Positions 1 to 15,065 of a stretch of DNA of 64,000 bases are shown here, in pieces. Location: assembly GCF_009914755.1 (NCBI RefSeq), contig NC_060930.1. The stretch is one strand, 5' to 3'. Below the pieces are notes generated by a model that made no database searches, had not been told where the DNA came from, and saw only the letters and a program-made list of their open reading frames with translations. Position numbers and translations under genes: made by a program. The stretch comes from the human T2T-CHM13v2.0 reference genome, Homo sapiens. Position 1 is the stretch's first letter; each line of letters opens with the position of its first letter.

Positions 1-931
1 TCCTTTGCACTAGGCTTTCATCAAGCAAATGTGTGAATCTGTGGCCACATTAATAGGAGCCTGATGTGCCTTCTTCACTCTGGGGTCATTTGGTGGTCAG
101 CTGAAAGGAAAACAGAGGCAGAGTTAAGACTTATCTTTGCAACCCCCTTGGGGTTTTCCAGGAGCTGGAGAAGCAGCAGCAGATGCTGCGGAGGTCCAGC
201 TAAAGCAGTTACTTAAGTAAAGAGGAAGAAGCACAAATCTGATGACAATGAAAGATTAACCCACATTTCTCTTCCCTCTAACAACAGGGTGAGGTCTTTT
301 AGGTGAGGATCTCTCACTATACAGAGTAGAAAATAAGACCCTGTCTCCATGTCAATCTTCTCTCATCTTGCTCTGCTTTTTCTGTTTTCTATGTTTGTTT
401 GTTTTCCAGGAAGATTGCAAGATGCCTGGTCTTTTTCTGGAAGAGTAAAATAAGCCCTGAGAAGAGGGGCAGGTATAGGAGATCAAGAGAAAGACAAGCT
501 AGCATCGAACACTCGACTTCTCGTTTCCACCTTTTGGTTAGACTCACTCCTTTATTCGAGTCATCAGGCCCACCGAGTGCCTCGGTCCAGCTCTGTCCCC
601 TCTCCAAGCCTTCCGGAGCCCACCCAGCCTCTGAACCCTGGCTACTGCCCTACCCCTGTGTGGCAGTGGCTTCCCCGCCACGCACTCTCTCAAGGCCTCC
701 ATTGCCTCCAGCCTGCGAGGTGATGCCCTTGCTCCTCTGCCTTGAGAAAGGTCTGCCCTGCCATCGTTCCTAGCATGTGTCTGGTCTCCTACAGGACCTG
801 GTGTGACACCCTGTGACCCATAACCTCAGCAAGGGAAAGGGGGGCCAGGGCACTCGTTCTCTCTCTAAGCTCCCTGTCACCAGATGTCAAACCCTCACCC
901 CATCCTGCTGCTCTGTGGATTCCCTTTCTAT

Positions 932-1137
932 TTCCTTCCACTTGCTGTGTGGTGGGGAACCTTCCTATCCTCTTTCTTTCCTCTTCCACTTCCTGTATGG
1001 CGGGGACCTTCCTGTCCTTTTTCTTTCCTCTTCCTTCCACTTCCTGTGTGGCGGGGACCTTCCTATCCTCTTTCTTTCCTCTTCCTTCCACTTCCTGTGT
1101 GGCGGGGACCTTCCTTTCCTCTTTCTTTCCTATTCCT
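932..1137. repeat. Minisatellite, ~4 copies of a 48-51 bp pyrimidine-rich unit
   Basis: Unit CCACTTCCTGTGTGGCGGGGACCTTCCT.TCCT.TTTTCTTTCCTCTTCCTT starts at 938, 986, 1037 and 1088. Confidence 0.92.
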
Positions 1138-1786
1138 AGCTCCCTTGCTCCCTGCTGTAGAATTGAATCCCATCCAGTTCTGCAATAAAGCCAATTTTTC
1201 AGGGTGTCCACTGAAGCCTCTAAATGATGAGACATGTCCCATCGACGTTCTGAGACTCCCTTCCCTGGGGCTGACTCCTCATCCGTCTCCCCTTCTCTCC
1301 TGACTTGGTGGTGCTAGCCACACTCCTCTATCCCTGACCCTGTCAATGTGGACAGACACCATCTCTTTATGGGAATGTTATTTTTTCAGGGCTACGATTA
1401 GACTGTCTCTCTTTTTTTTCCTCCTGGTGGGAGAGTCAATTATGCATCAGAGTCTATTAATCTTATAAACAGTTATGGAGCTGAAGAGGCTGAATCGAAC
1501 AGCTGAGGCTTTCAAGAAGTTGGAGTACCAGGGCCATTATTATAATGAAGTTTGGTGATGTATAATCATGTCTCTGGGTGACCAGGCACAATTCTTTAAG
1601 TCTGAGAAATGTAAATGATGTGAATTTTTTACAAAGTTTACAAAGCAGCCTCTTCAAAGCTTGTGCTCATGGCCACGAGCCCCCAGGTCCCCACTCTGGG
1701 GGGAGCACCTCCCTAAGCCCGATCAGCCAGTCTCTGGCACCCTCATCCCTGATGGGCTGGCAAATTCAATGGACTACAAGGCACTT

Positions 1787-1816
1787 CCTCCTCCTCCTCT
1801 TCCTCCTCCTCCTCCT
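1787..1816. repeat. (CCT)n simple repeat
   Basis: cctcctcctcctcttcctcctcctcctcct. Confidence 0.85.
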
Positions 1817-2607
1817 GTCCTGCCCACACAGGGCCTGGGAAAGAGGACAGCTGGGCTGTGGATGCGATTCTGTCCTCTTCTACTGAGACCTGTTTGTTTG
1901 TCTGTCTCTTAAATTTGGTTCAGTGGCATAAAAAAAGAGAATTTATCTTTCTCCCCAGATGCAACAAACAGATGCTGGGGAGCAGAGACCTTGCATAGTC
2001 AATAAAAGATAAGTTATAAAATCTATAAAACTGCTGAAAGAAATCAGAATTTCAGCAAATTCTGTTTTTTTCTTATTTTCAGGCTGCTCCTTTTGATCAA
2101 CAATGGGGAGGGGGGGGAAAGCTAGTCGTGCATAAACTTCCATCTGTTATTACAGCATGGAATGAATGTGGTTAGAAGAGGAACAGAGGACAGAGTGATA
2201 TTTGAGCTGTGATATTGACAGAGTGGAAATGGAGAATGGTGCCAGTGATAAAGACAAAGCTGTCATAATCAATTAGCATTTAACTTTTTGTAAAGATCTT
2301 GGAGGCTATGGGTTCTTTAGATTTTAATGTGCGTCTTCAAAGTAATCTTGTAAGCTATTTAAATGATGCTCCCTTTTTACAACTCTACATAATTTGATTA
2401 TACAAACCATCCTGCAATCCTTGGATATGCAAATGCAACACCAAAATGATTTTTTCCCATATTTTGATAGAATTTGATGTTCCTTGCAGTGATAAGAAGT
2501 GACACAAATTGCAGCAAGGCATCAGTAACCCATTCATCTGGCACACTTTGGACATTCAGATTTTCAATGCCTGCTTGTTGAGAATCACCCTTAAGAATAA
2601 AAATTTA

Positions 2608-2900
2608 GGCTGGGCGCGGTGGCTCATGCCCGTAATCCCAGCACTTCGGGAGGCCAAGGCAGGTAGATCACAAGTTCAGGAGATCGAGACCATCCTGGCT
2701 AACATGGCGAAATCCCATCTCTACTAAAAATACAAAAATTAGCTGGGTGTGGTGGCTCGTGCCTGTAATCCCAGCTACTCAGGAGGCAGAGACAGGAGAA
2801 TCACTTGAACCAGGGAGTCAGAGGTTGCAGTGAGCTGAGATAGCGCCACTGCACTCCAGCCTGAAGAAAGAGTGGGACTCCGTCTCAAAAATAAATAAAT
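2608..2900 (+). mobile_element. Alu (AluSc-like)
   Basis: Full dimeric Alu with A-rich tail. GAGATCGAGACCATCCTGG motif. agaataaaaa flanks both sides. Confidence 0.93.
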
Positions 2901-3004
2901 AGAATAAAAACATAGAAACCGAAGGCAGGGCAACAACTTGTGTTTGGAGAAGATTGCCTTACATTCTGATCCTAAGGCTACAAAGATGCTGAGCTTGTAA
3001 ATGA

Positions 3005-3130
3005 GATTCTCAGAGCCTCAGTTTCCTGACCTGTAAAATGGAAGTAATAAGCTGTAGCTCACAGAAAAGTGGTGAGGGTTATCAGTTAGAGTGAAAACAC
3101 CTGGCAGGATATGGCGACGATGCTCATATG
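3005..3130 (+). mobile_element. MIR fragment
   Basis: MIR core gagcctcagtttcctgacctgtaaaatgg. Confidence 0.7.
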
Positions 3131-3185
3131 GCCCCCGCAGCTGTCATTACTCTAACACTACTACCATGTGTACCACCACTAATAA

Positions 3186-3602
<417 letters not shown>

Positions 3603-3706
3603 TGACAGTGGCTGAGCTCTTGGGTGATCTGAGAGGACGGGACAATTGTGATGCTTCTTTGAGGAGTCCTCGCCAGGAGAATCCCAGCCTCCAATGGCCG
3701 ATCACC

Positions 3707-3990
3707 CATTCACCCATTCGTTCTGCATTTCCTCAGCTCCTTCAGTGGATCAGACAGTGTGCTGAGTGCTGAGGATGAAAGCAGGTACAATTGCAGGCAT
3801 ACTCCTTGACCTCTAGGCATTCATAGACTAATGGGGATGGACAAACAAATTACATTACCATGAATAAGCACCAAATGGGTGCAAACCAATCAAGTTCCAT
3901 AGCTGGCAGTGTGAGGACAACCAATCTGCCTGGGGCAGTCACAGAAAACCTCACAGGGGAGGTAATGTTTGCGCTGAGGCATGAGAGAGG
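3707..3990 (-). mobile_element. L2 3' fragment
   Basis: cattcacccattc...gtgctgagtgctgaggat...catagactaatgggg resembles a reversed L2 3' end. Confidence 0.5.
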
Positions 3991-4049
3991 AGTCAGATCA
4001 CTAGACAGAGAGCCTCAAGAAGCCTGTCCCCATCTGAGCAGGGCTAGAG

Positions 4050-4241
4050 ACAGGGGTGGTTTGACCACAGGGGACATTTGGCATTGTCTACAGACATTTT
4101 TGATTGTCCTGACTTGGGAGTGCTACTGGCCTCTAGTGAGTCAAGGCCAGCCAGGGACATAGCTACAATGCACAGGACAGCCCCTGTGTGAGAAGAGTCA
4201 TCCAGCCCCAAGGTCAACAGTGCCCAAGCGGAGACACCCTG
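4050..4241. mobile_element. MER20 (hAT-Charlie MITE)
   Basis: ggggacatttggcattgtct...gtgctactggcctctagtg...acaatgcacaggacagcccc matches the MER20 consensus as recalled. Confidence 0.75.
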
Positions 4242-5797
4242 ACTTACAGGAGCCAGGCGTGCAGGAGCGGCAGGTCCGAGGGCACACAGGGCGTCTCCGG
4301 GACTCAGCGTGGCCCCGAGGTCTTCCAGTGCAGGGAGAGGAGGCTGTGCATGTGGCAAGGTCAAACCTTGGAGGGCCTGGAGGCCATCAGGAGTGAAGGT
4401 TTTGTCCTGTTTCTCCTTACACTTCCCCTAAAGGGGCCCCATTGTTACAGGAAACTAAACTCGGTCCCCCTTAACAGGTAGCAATAACATGAAGAGCCAA
4501 AGTTCCTGTATTATCCTGGAATTCAAGGAAATTTTGCTTTTTTCCATAATTAAAATGAAAAATAATGGTGTAGTCTTTTTCCACTAGAACTTTAAATAAA
4601 ATCAATCCTTCAGGAAGACAAGTGCTCACATGGAACCCAGGATGAGATACGTGAACAGGCACAGAAAAGCCCTGAAGGGTTTGGAGCAAGGGGCTGGCCT
4701 GAGCAGATGTGTGGGTTCCTGTCCTTCTTCCCACAGGCGGCACCAGAGTGGGCCAGCTCAGGAGAGCTGACAAAACCCACGTCCCCAAAGGACTGACTCG
4801 TGGTTGGGTGCCTTTGAGATCCACGGTCACAGCTCTACCTTTGAGCTGTTCCCAGCAGCAGTGGGACCAGAGGAGTGGGTGCGTTACTAGAAAGAACACT
4901 GCTGAGATGCCAGGAGCTCTAAAGACCTGGGTGCGAAGAGCCCCGAGGCTCCTGGCTCTAAGTCTTTCTGGTAGGTGGTCACATGATGATGTCAGCTGGG
5001 GAGTCAACCGAGTCCTGGCTGGCCCCTGCACACCAACAGCACAGTTCTGGGCTGGAAGGGGGCCTGGTGGAATTGAACAGCAGTGAGTTTGATTTCCACT
5101 TCCTCAAGTTCATTCCTTTGAGTCTTGAGAGCTGTTTTGGCCTTCAAGAATCCCTTATGATACAAACCTCCCAAATCCCTTATCAGGCAACGTTTTAGCC
5201 CTCAGAAAACTCTTTAATATGGATTAACAAGAATGAACCTAGAACAGAAAAGAAAAGGCAGTTTGCTTTACAAAAGTACAAATACCATTAGTATCTCTAC
5301 AAATATCTTTATTCATCTATTTATTTAGGTAAGACTCTTTCTCTGAGCTTCTAAAGCATTTTACTTTATGAGAAGCAGATCGTTTTTCCCCGTCCACAGG
5401 GCTCCAGGGTTGAGCAGAAGGCACTGGAAGAGAGAAGAGTCATGGAGCCGTGTGCCTGTGTTCCTCCTTCCCAGCAGGTGTCACAGGTTCAGAAACGTCT
5501 TCCTTGCTGTCCACGTAATAGTCACAAAGTCCTTCACTCTTTCCAGCCTAGTTCCTCAACTCTATATCTAGGAGTTGAAAGCGGTGACCTGCACAGCTCC
5601 TTCAGCTCTAAATTTCTAAGACTGTAAGAGGCGAGCCAGTGGCTGAGAACTGGCTCTATGGTAAAAACTGGGGGGCGGGCCCCAAAGGTCCACCCAGAAT
5701 GTCACTCTGGTTAGCAAAGGCAAGGCTGACGCAGCAGGAAAATTAGACTCAGGGCTGCTCCCTGTGCATCTCTAGGTGAAAGAGCTGCCACTGCTCA

Positions 5798-5995
<198 letters not shown>

Positions 5996-6559
5996 TTACG
6001 GCATTAAAGAAAGAAACCCAGAGCGCCTTGTGTGGGAGTGGGTGGAGTCCCGGGAGGAACAAGGAGGAGGACAATGAGGCCCCAGGTGGCTTGAGAAGAC
6101 AACCACTTTGCATCGGAGTTGTCCCTTGCACTCACAACCATTCTGTCCCCAGGAGAGTTTTGTAAAAAGCGTTCTTCTCTTTTCATCCATGTGTTGCTGT
6201 GGTTATTCTTCAAGTAAGCAACGCCTGATCACATCAGGGCGGTTTTCAAGGGCAGCACACACAGGCCGAGTGCATGGTTTCATGTCCCCTGTGTGTGCAT
6301 CAGCGCATCTAGCATTGCTCCTTTAATTGGATCTGCTGGCAAGTTTGTCCTACACACCCCAACCTCGGAACAGCCCTGGATGGATGAGCCCGACTGGCTC
6401 TTAGTGGAAGGAAGCTGGATCCACACGTCCCCGTGAGCTGGCCCTGGAGCTGGCACCCAGGGGGATGTGTGCACTGCCAGTTGCAGAGCTGCCTCCGGGT
6501 TCTGGGGGCTCCAACTGAACTGATGCCAGAGAGAGAGATTCAGGTCAAACGCATAATGA

Positions 6560-6910
<351 letters not shown>

Positions 6911-7557
6911 TAACAACTTGGATTTGTTATATATGAAATATTCATAAATTGGCTTAATTTCACATTTTTATTGATTGATGCAGAGAAAGATGTATCTCAG
7001 CAATACCAGTTATTTTTCCCATTAAAAAGATATTTTTCTGATCATCATCTTTGCTGAGCTACCAGACTGCATCTCATTCCACAGACTGTTGCCTCAGCCG
7101 CTCCTGAGAACAAAGCCCACAGACCCCCTCCACAGCACAGCCTGCCAGCTCAGGCCCCTCCCAGTGGGGGCAACTCAGCTTTAGTGCCCCTCATGGAACC
7201 AGAGCCTTAGTGGGGACCTCTGGGTCCTGGGGACAGTCCCAGGCAGGTCCCGTCCAGCTGCCACACCTGGGATCTGATGCCTGCGGGCTTCTCCGGGCAG
7301 CGTGCTGTGTACATCATACTGGAAGTGTTTTGACTACATACTACCTGCGACGCCCTGTTCTAGGAACAAGGAGGAGGAGAAAGAGGGATTGTCTCTTTCA
7401 TCCTCCCAGTGGCTCAGTGAGGACCACACCATTATTACCTCATTTTCAGCTGAAGATGTGGAGGCACCAAATAAGAGGCCTGCAGGAGCAGCCACAGTAG
7501 AGCAAGTTTTAAACTTAGGCAGTCTTGCTCTCAAGCGCAGGTTCCGGGCCACCATGG

Positions 7558-7895
7558 CAACGGCTCCCCAGATGTGGTCTGGGTAGCCTAGGCATGGCCC
7601 TTTCAGAGGGTCTTCAAGGTCAAAACTCCTGCTAAGTCACACTAAAATGTCACTTGCCATCTTCATTCAATACACTCGGGGGTAGCCTGGCGTCTCCCCA
7701 GCTGCTGGAAGAATGGTCACATCGTCACTCCAACAAATAAGAGAATGTGTGCTTGTGTGTTCTTGTATCTTTAAAATGTCTCTGTCTTCATTTCGAATGA
7801 GGTGAATATTGATAGATATAGGCTACCACCTTTGGGTCCTCAATAATTTTTAAGGGTGTAAAGAGGTCTCTCGACAGAGAGGTTTGAGAGCCGAG
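7558..7895. mobile_element. hAT-Charlie-derived DNA transposon relic
   Basis: Ends gggtcctcaataatttttaagggtgtaaagaggtc...gtttgagagcc, typical of Charlie-type termini. Subfamily uncertain. Confidence 0.5.
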
Positions 7896-8842
7896 GCTCT
7901 GTGCTACTCACCTCCAGACCTGCTCCTTCTCTGGCCCGTGTCGCCCCTCCCAGCCTTCCTGCAGCCTGAAGCCCAGTTCCCAATCCCAGGCCTTCGCTGA
8001 AGCCCTGTGCCCTTGGGCCACCTCCTGCCCACCTAACTCTTGAGAACGCTGTCCTAGACCCCAGTTGGGGTGACATCTCCAGCTTCCAAATATGTCCAAA
8101 GTATCCATGTCTATGCCAGGCTGATCGGTCCTGAGCCAATCACACTCTCTCTCTTAGGAATCTGCCACTTGAATGGGGAGAGAGCCTGGACATCCTTGGC
8201 GTGGCAGCATGGTAACGGCAGCATCACAGAAAGCAGAAGAATCTAGCCTACCTCATATCCAGGTCTGGCTTCTGTGTTGGTTCCTGAAGTGGATTGTTCA
8301 GTTCTGCTGTGAATTCTCTGAGCTACCCCATTAGTTTCATATATCCTTTTATCACTTAAGGTTGCTCAGGGGAAAAAAGGGGGAGGGAAGCTTAACTAAT
8401 AGGAAAAAGTTAGTATACCTTCCGATTCTCTCTCCTTATGATAATCTATGAATTTACTGTTGGACCCTGTCACCTGCCAAATCCCTCATCTCCAGCCTGG
8501 AAGCCACCATGCGTCTCTGTCACTGGTAGTACCCACATGGCCACAAGTCCCACACTAGCCTTGCGGCACATCAGGCCTGCCCGCCCTCGTGGTGGTCAGC
8601 CTCCTCCTCCTCCTTGCCCATCCCACATGTCCTGAAAGGAAACATTGGGCCACCTGCATGGGTGTTAGGATGAGACCGGGAGGTCTTCGGTATGACTGAT
8701 CTACGTGGCCCTTAGAATGACGTATTCATTTGGCCCAACCTCCCACTGAGAAAGCTGAGCACCTCCTTCCCTGGAGCAGCGCAGATGATTGGCACAAAAT
8801 CCTCCCCTAGAAATAAGCTGGCCCTTATGCAGCAAGAGAAAG

Positions 8843-9104
<262 letters not shown>

Positions 9105-9139
9105 ATGAGTATTCCCTTCCTGCTCTTTACCGTGGAGGG

Positions 9140-9902
9140 TGGGGGCTGTTGAATGGTGACTCCCAAAAGATTCCATTTCCTCATCTCAGGAACCTGTGAA
9201 TGTGGCCTTATTTGGAAAAAGTGCCTTTGCAGACGTAATGAAATTAAGGGTGCTGGAATCATGATGGGTTACCTAGGTGGGCTTTAAATCCAATGACCAG
9301 TGTCCTTATCAGAGGCACACAAAGGAGAGACAGAAGAGGAGAGGCCCATGTGAAGAAGGAGGCAGCCTGGAGTGGGGTGGCCGCAAGGCAGGGAACGCAT
9401 GCAGCCCCAGAAGTGAGAAGAGGCAGGAACGGAATCTCTGTTAGAGCCTCTGAGGGAAGCTCAGCCCTGCCAACACCTTGATTTCAGACTTCTGCCTTCT
9501 AGAACTGTGAGAAACCAGATTTCTGTTGTCTAGGCCTAACACAGTGGCTCACACGGGTAATCCCAACATTTTAGGAGGCCGAGGTGAGGACTGCTTGAGC
9601 TCAGCATTTCCAGACCAGCCTGGGTGACACAGTGAAACCCCATCTCTACAAAAAAGATATATTTTTTTAATTAGCTGGGCATTGTGGCAGGTGCCTGTGG
9701 TCCCAGCTACTTGAGAGGCTGAGGCTGGGAGGATGACTTCAGCCTGGGAAGTTGAGGCTACAGTGAGCCGAGATCATACCGCTGCACTCCAGTCTGGGTG
9801 ACAGGTGAGATTCTGTATCAAAATAAATAAATAAATAAATTTCTGTTGCTTTAAACCACCAAGTTTGTAGTGCTAGTTACGGCAGCTCAAGGAAATAACG
9901 CA
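9140..9902 (+). mobile_element. MLT1 (MaLR) solo LTR, MLT1B/C-like, interrupted by an AluJ
   Basis: gaacctgtgaatgtggccttatttggaaa...ccctgccaacaccttgatttcagacttct...aaaccaccaagtttgtagt are MLT1 hallmarks. Confidence 0.8.
9533..9838 (+). mobile_element. AluJ nested in MLT1
   Basis: Diverged Alu with (AAAT)n tail. atttctgttg is duplicated on both sides. Confidence 0.88.
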
Positions 9903-10224
9903 CCCTCCAAGATTGGGGGAGGCTTGTGACTCCAGGCAGGCCTGCCTGCTGGTCGACCCTCTGCTTCTATGCGGTGCCCCGACACTGCCATGCAGTGCTC
10001 TGGGCGGCCCTGGCCATTCCACTGCAGCACTCACTCACCAACACAGGATGGTCCCATCCCCTTCCTTCCTCACAGCTGCTAAGAGGACAAACCCTGCCAC
10101 GTGGCCACCTTCTCCTGATGAACATAAAACTCCTCTCCATTTTACTGCTTTCTGCAATGCTCTGGAGTTGCCCAGTGATGCCCACAGATTCTTTAGTTAC
10201 AATGACCATCTAAACTTTGCTTTC

Positions 10225-10227
<3 letters not shown>

Positions 10228-10269
<42 letters not shown>
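10228..10269. repeat. (ATT)n microsatellite
   Basis: About 14 ATT units. Confidence 0.95.
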
Positions 10270-11290
10270 TCGGTATAACTATCATGACCCATGTGAGTTT
10301 CAGCAAAGAACAAAGGGGAATTTATTCTTGAGATAAACAGGAGCTGAGGGCCGGAAGCTCCGCCAGGTCTTCCAAGGCTGGAGAGCCAACAGTCAGGAGC
10401 CCCCCAGGCCCAGTCCCTGGGCTCCCCTCAGAGCGCTGTTCCCTCTCTGTGGCCCAGCTTCCCTAACCTCTGTCCAACAGGTAACGATGGCCACCCCACC
10501 ACACCCCGATTTCCCCTCAGCTCAAGTAAGCAGGAGGGAATCAGCACCTGGAAATTCCATTTCCAAATCGGTGGAGACATTCCCACTGGGAGAGGACCGA
10601 GATGAGGCAAAATGGGCAGAGACGTGTGGTATAAACATGACTCCTGGGGCCCATTAGTGGGGAAGCAGGGTGGCTCTCAGAAAGGGGATCTGTGGAAGTG
10701 TTAGACATAACAAAGTTGTGCAGAAGGACAGGATGGTGATGGCGATGTTTCTAGAAGCTGCAACCCTTGAATATGGGGCCTCATCAAGGACCTCCTTGCC
10801 TTGAACCTCTGCACACAGAGGCCAACCTGGAAGTGTCCGTCTCCGACCACACAGTGTTGCTCCTCACCTTCCAGTCCCTTTAAGTTGTTCCCTGCTAGGC
10901 ACATGCATAAGAAATTGTTGAAGAAACTACTTTTGGCTTCATTAACTTCCTCCAACCCTGCATCCTCCCTGCACCCCGAGATCAGGCTGAGCATCTGTTA
11001 GTCGAGAGTCCCCACCAAAGCATGTGTGCTAACCAGCCCTGCCCCCTGTGCCCCCACCAGTGCCCTGCTCTTTGTCTCGTTAGACACAGGTACAAACAAG
11101 GAAAATACCAACGTGCTAAACCACCATGCTCCTCCCCATCCCAGGGGCATGAGTTAGTTTTTCAGTCTTGGACTGAAGGGACAGACTCAATGTTAAAATC
11201 TCTGGAACGAGTGGAAGTTATACAGTTTTCCAGATGTGTATGACAAGCTAAGCAAAACTGAGCTAGAAAAACTGAAGTCACGGATTCCTA

Positions 11291-11962
<672 letters not shown>

Positions 11963-13092
11963 TTAATATACATGTAATGTCTTTGTGTAAAGTGATTTTT
12001 ACTGCCATATTATAATTAAAATAAATAAATGCTAAGAAATATTTTTATTAAAAAGAATGAGGGTTCTCATTCTAAGCTGATCTCTAGGTACACATGCCTG
12101 GAGTCTCCTGTTCATACCCCCTCGATATGAGCACAGAGGGGCTCAGGGCCCAGGGCTCCGCCTTAGCTGACCAGAGGTCACTGACATGGATGTTCTTTGA
12201 TTCCTGGGAACTCTAAAGAAAAAAACAATCCTGGCTTTGTGCATGAGCATAAGTGTGCAGTTAAACACGCAGCACAAAAATAAAAGCCCAAGTTCCCAAT
12301 GAAGTGAGAGAAGCAAAAATAGTCAACAGGGAAATGGAAAGCACTGTGCCTGTGGCAACTCAGGTGGGACTCCCGCATTTCCCTCCACGCCTTGAGCACC
12401 ACGCTCCGCTGCTCCTGCCTAATGGATTTGGAGAGGGCCTCCCAGCCAAAGGGCAGAGCACCCTGTTAGGTGCGAAAGTGAATAATGATGAACCCCAGGC
12501 TTAGTCCTGGTTGGATAAGGATAAATAAAATTAAAATTCAGAAATTTGCTTTAAATGGGTTGTTAATTGCTGTTGAGCTTTAAATATTTGAGTTTATTAA
12601 TTTCTCCCTCACCCCCTGAATTATATTTCAGCAGCATTCCCCTGCTATTAGGCTATTAAATCAGACGTATCAAAAAGGAAGCATTTATTTATATCTTCAG
12701 AGACATGTACATCTAATTAAGATAGTGTTCCTGTGCATATTTTATATGAGGCAAATGCTGCCTCTGATTTCAGTTTAATCAGCTCTGAAGGGCCTTAGTA
12801 AGTGTTTGGAAGATGTGACTGGGGGTGGAGGAGGAGGACAGCCTATATCTTCTGAACATTAATTTCTTGAGGGCCCGCACCATAAAGATGTAGCTGTTCC
12901 TAGACACTGTAAAGCCTCCTCTTAAAGAATTCACAATGGAAACCTCCAGGAAACAAAAGATTTAGAAATTGGCTGTACTACCAGAATGTTTGTGTTCATA
13001 AAAATAAACTAACTAGCCATTAGAGACCACTGACTTCTAGATGAATTTATTACCTCATGTCATCCTCAAAACAAGCCAACGGGAGGGTGGTA

Positions 13093-13389
13093 TTTTTGTT
13101 GTTGTTGTTGAGATGGAGTTTTGCTCTTGTTGCCCAGGCTGGAGTGCAATGGCGTGATCTCGGCTCACTGCAACCTCCGCCTCCTGGGTTCAAGTGGTTC
13201 TTCTACTCAGCCTCCTGAGGAGCTGGGATTACAGGCACGTACCACCACGCCCGGCTAATTTTGTATTTTTAGTAGAGGTGGGGTTTCTCTATGTTGGTCA
13301 GGCTGTCTCAAACTCCTGACCTCAGGTGATCCACCTGCCTCAGCCTCTCAAAGCGTTGGGATTACAGGCGTGAGCCACTGTGCCTGGCC
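13093..13389 (-). mobile_element. Alu (AluSp/Sq-like) inserted in a MIR
   Basis: Reverse Alu. MIR-like ttttatccccattttgtggatgag resumes after it. Confidence 0.9.
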
Positions 13390-13561
13390 AAGGGGGATAT
13401 TTTTATCCCCATTTTGTGGATGAGCAAAACAGACTTACAGAGATGAAGTCCTTTGCCTAAGATGCAGGGCCAGGACTCAAACTGAAGCCTGCCTGATGGG
13501 GGCACCCGCTTTTTCCATTTTGTCCCTATTCATTGCCAAGAAAAGTCCATCCATTCTAGAA

Positions 13562-14160
<599 letters not shown>

Positions 14161-14255
14161 TCACTCACTCATCCTCAGGCACAGCAGCAGGCATCACCAC
14201 CCTGCATTCCCATTCCTGCTATTATTTTATTTTTATGGCTCAGACATATGGGATG

Positions 14256-14619
14256 TGATATGGTTTGGCTGTGTCCCCACCCAAATCTCATCTTGAATTT
14301 TAGCTCCCATAATTCCCTCCTGTTGTGGGAGGGACCTGTTGGGAGACAAATGAATCATGGGGGAGGTTTCCCCCATACTGTTCTCATGGTAGTGAATGAG
14401 TCTTACGAGATCTGATGGTTTTATCCGGGGTTTCCCCTTTCTCTTGGTTCTCATTCTCTCTCTTGTCTGCCACCATGTAAGATGTGCCTTTCACCTTCCA
14501 CCATTATTGTGAGGTCTCCCCAGCCACGTGGAACTGTGAGTCCATTAAACTTCTTTTTCTTTATAAATTCCCCAGTCTTGGGTATGTCTTTATTAGCAGT
14601 GTGAAAATGGACTAATACA
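14256..14619 (+). mobile_element. THE1 (THE1B-like) MaLR solo LTR
   Basis: Runs TGATATGGTTTGGCTGTGTCCCCACCCAAATCTCATCTTGAA...GGACTAATACA, 364 bp. 5-bp TSD ggatg / ggctg. Confidence 0.93.
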
Positions 14620-15065
14620 GGCTGTGAACTAATTGTTAGCACCCAATGATAGTAGAACCGAGTGCCAGTGCTGGTCTGCAAATTTTATTGGACTGTGGTA
14701 AGTTTCTTATCTGATGGACCTTTGTCAAAAGGCAGTAGATTCCCTCTTCTAAAGGGTGATCAAATTCCCCATGTGATATCATCTCAAATCGTGGAAACTA
14801 TCATTTGATACTTCCATTTGCTTATGTTTTAGGGCTTCTTTAGCCGGAGGTTCTTGACCCTTTTTTCTGTAATGTGGTACATGAAGAAGGTGGAGAAGGT
14901 ATGAATTTGGGTTACATCAGCAGAACTCAGGGCTGAATCATGGGTCCACCCCTTTCAGTGCATGACTCCTTGGGCAAGGTATTGAATTTCAAAGAGTCTG
15001 TTTTTTTCAGTAGTAAATCCAAATGCCTGCTTCATGTCCAGCATTCTACACCTATTTGACCCTAG

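Noticed and set aside
789-1303. ORFs with repeated peptides (KVPATQEVEGRG...) and a CRISPR-like periodic look
   Set aside because: These are translations of a 48-51 bp minisatellite. The units are contiguous with no unique spacers, and the DNA is human.
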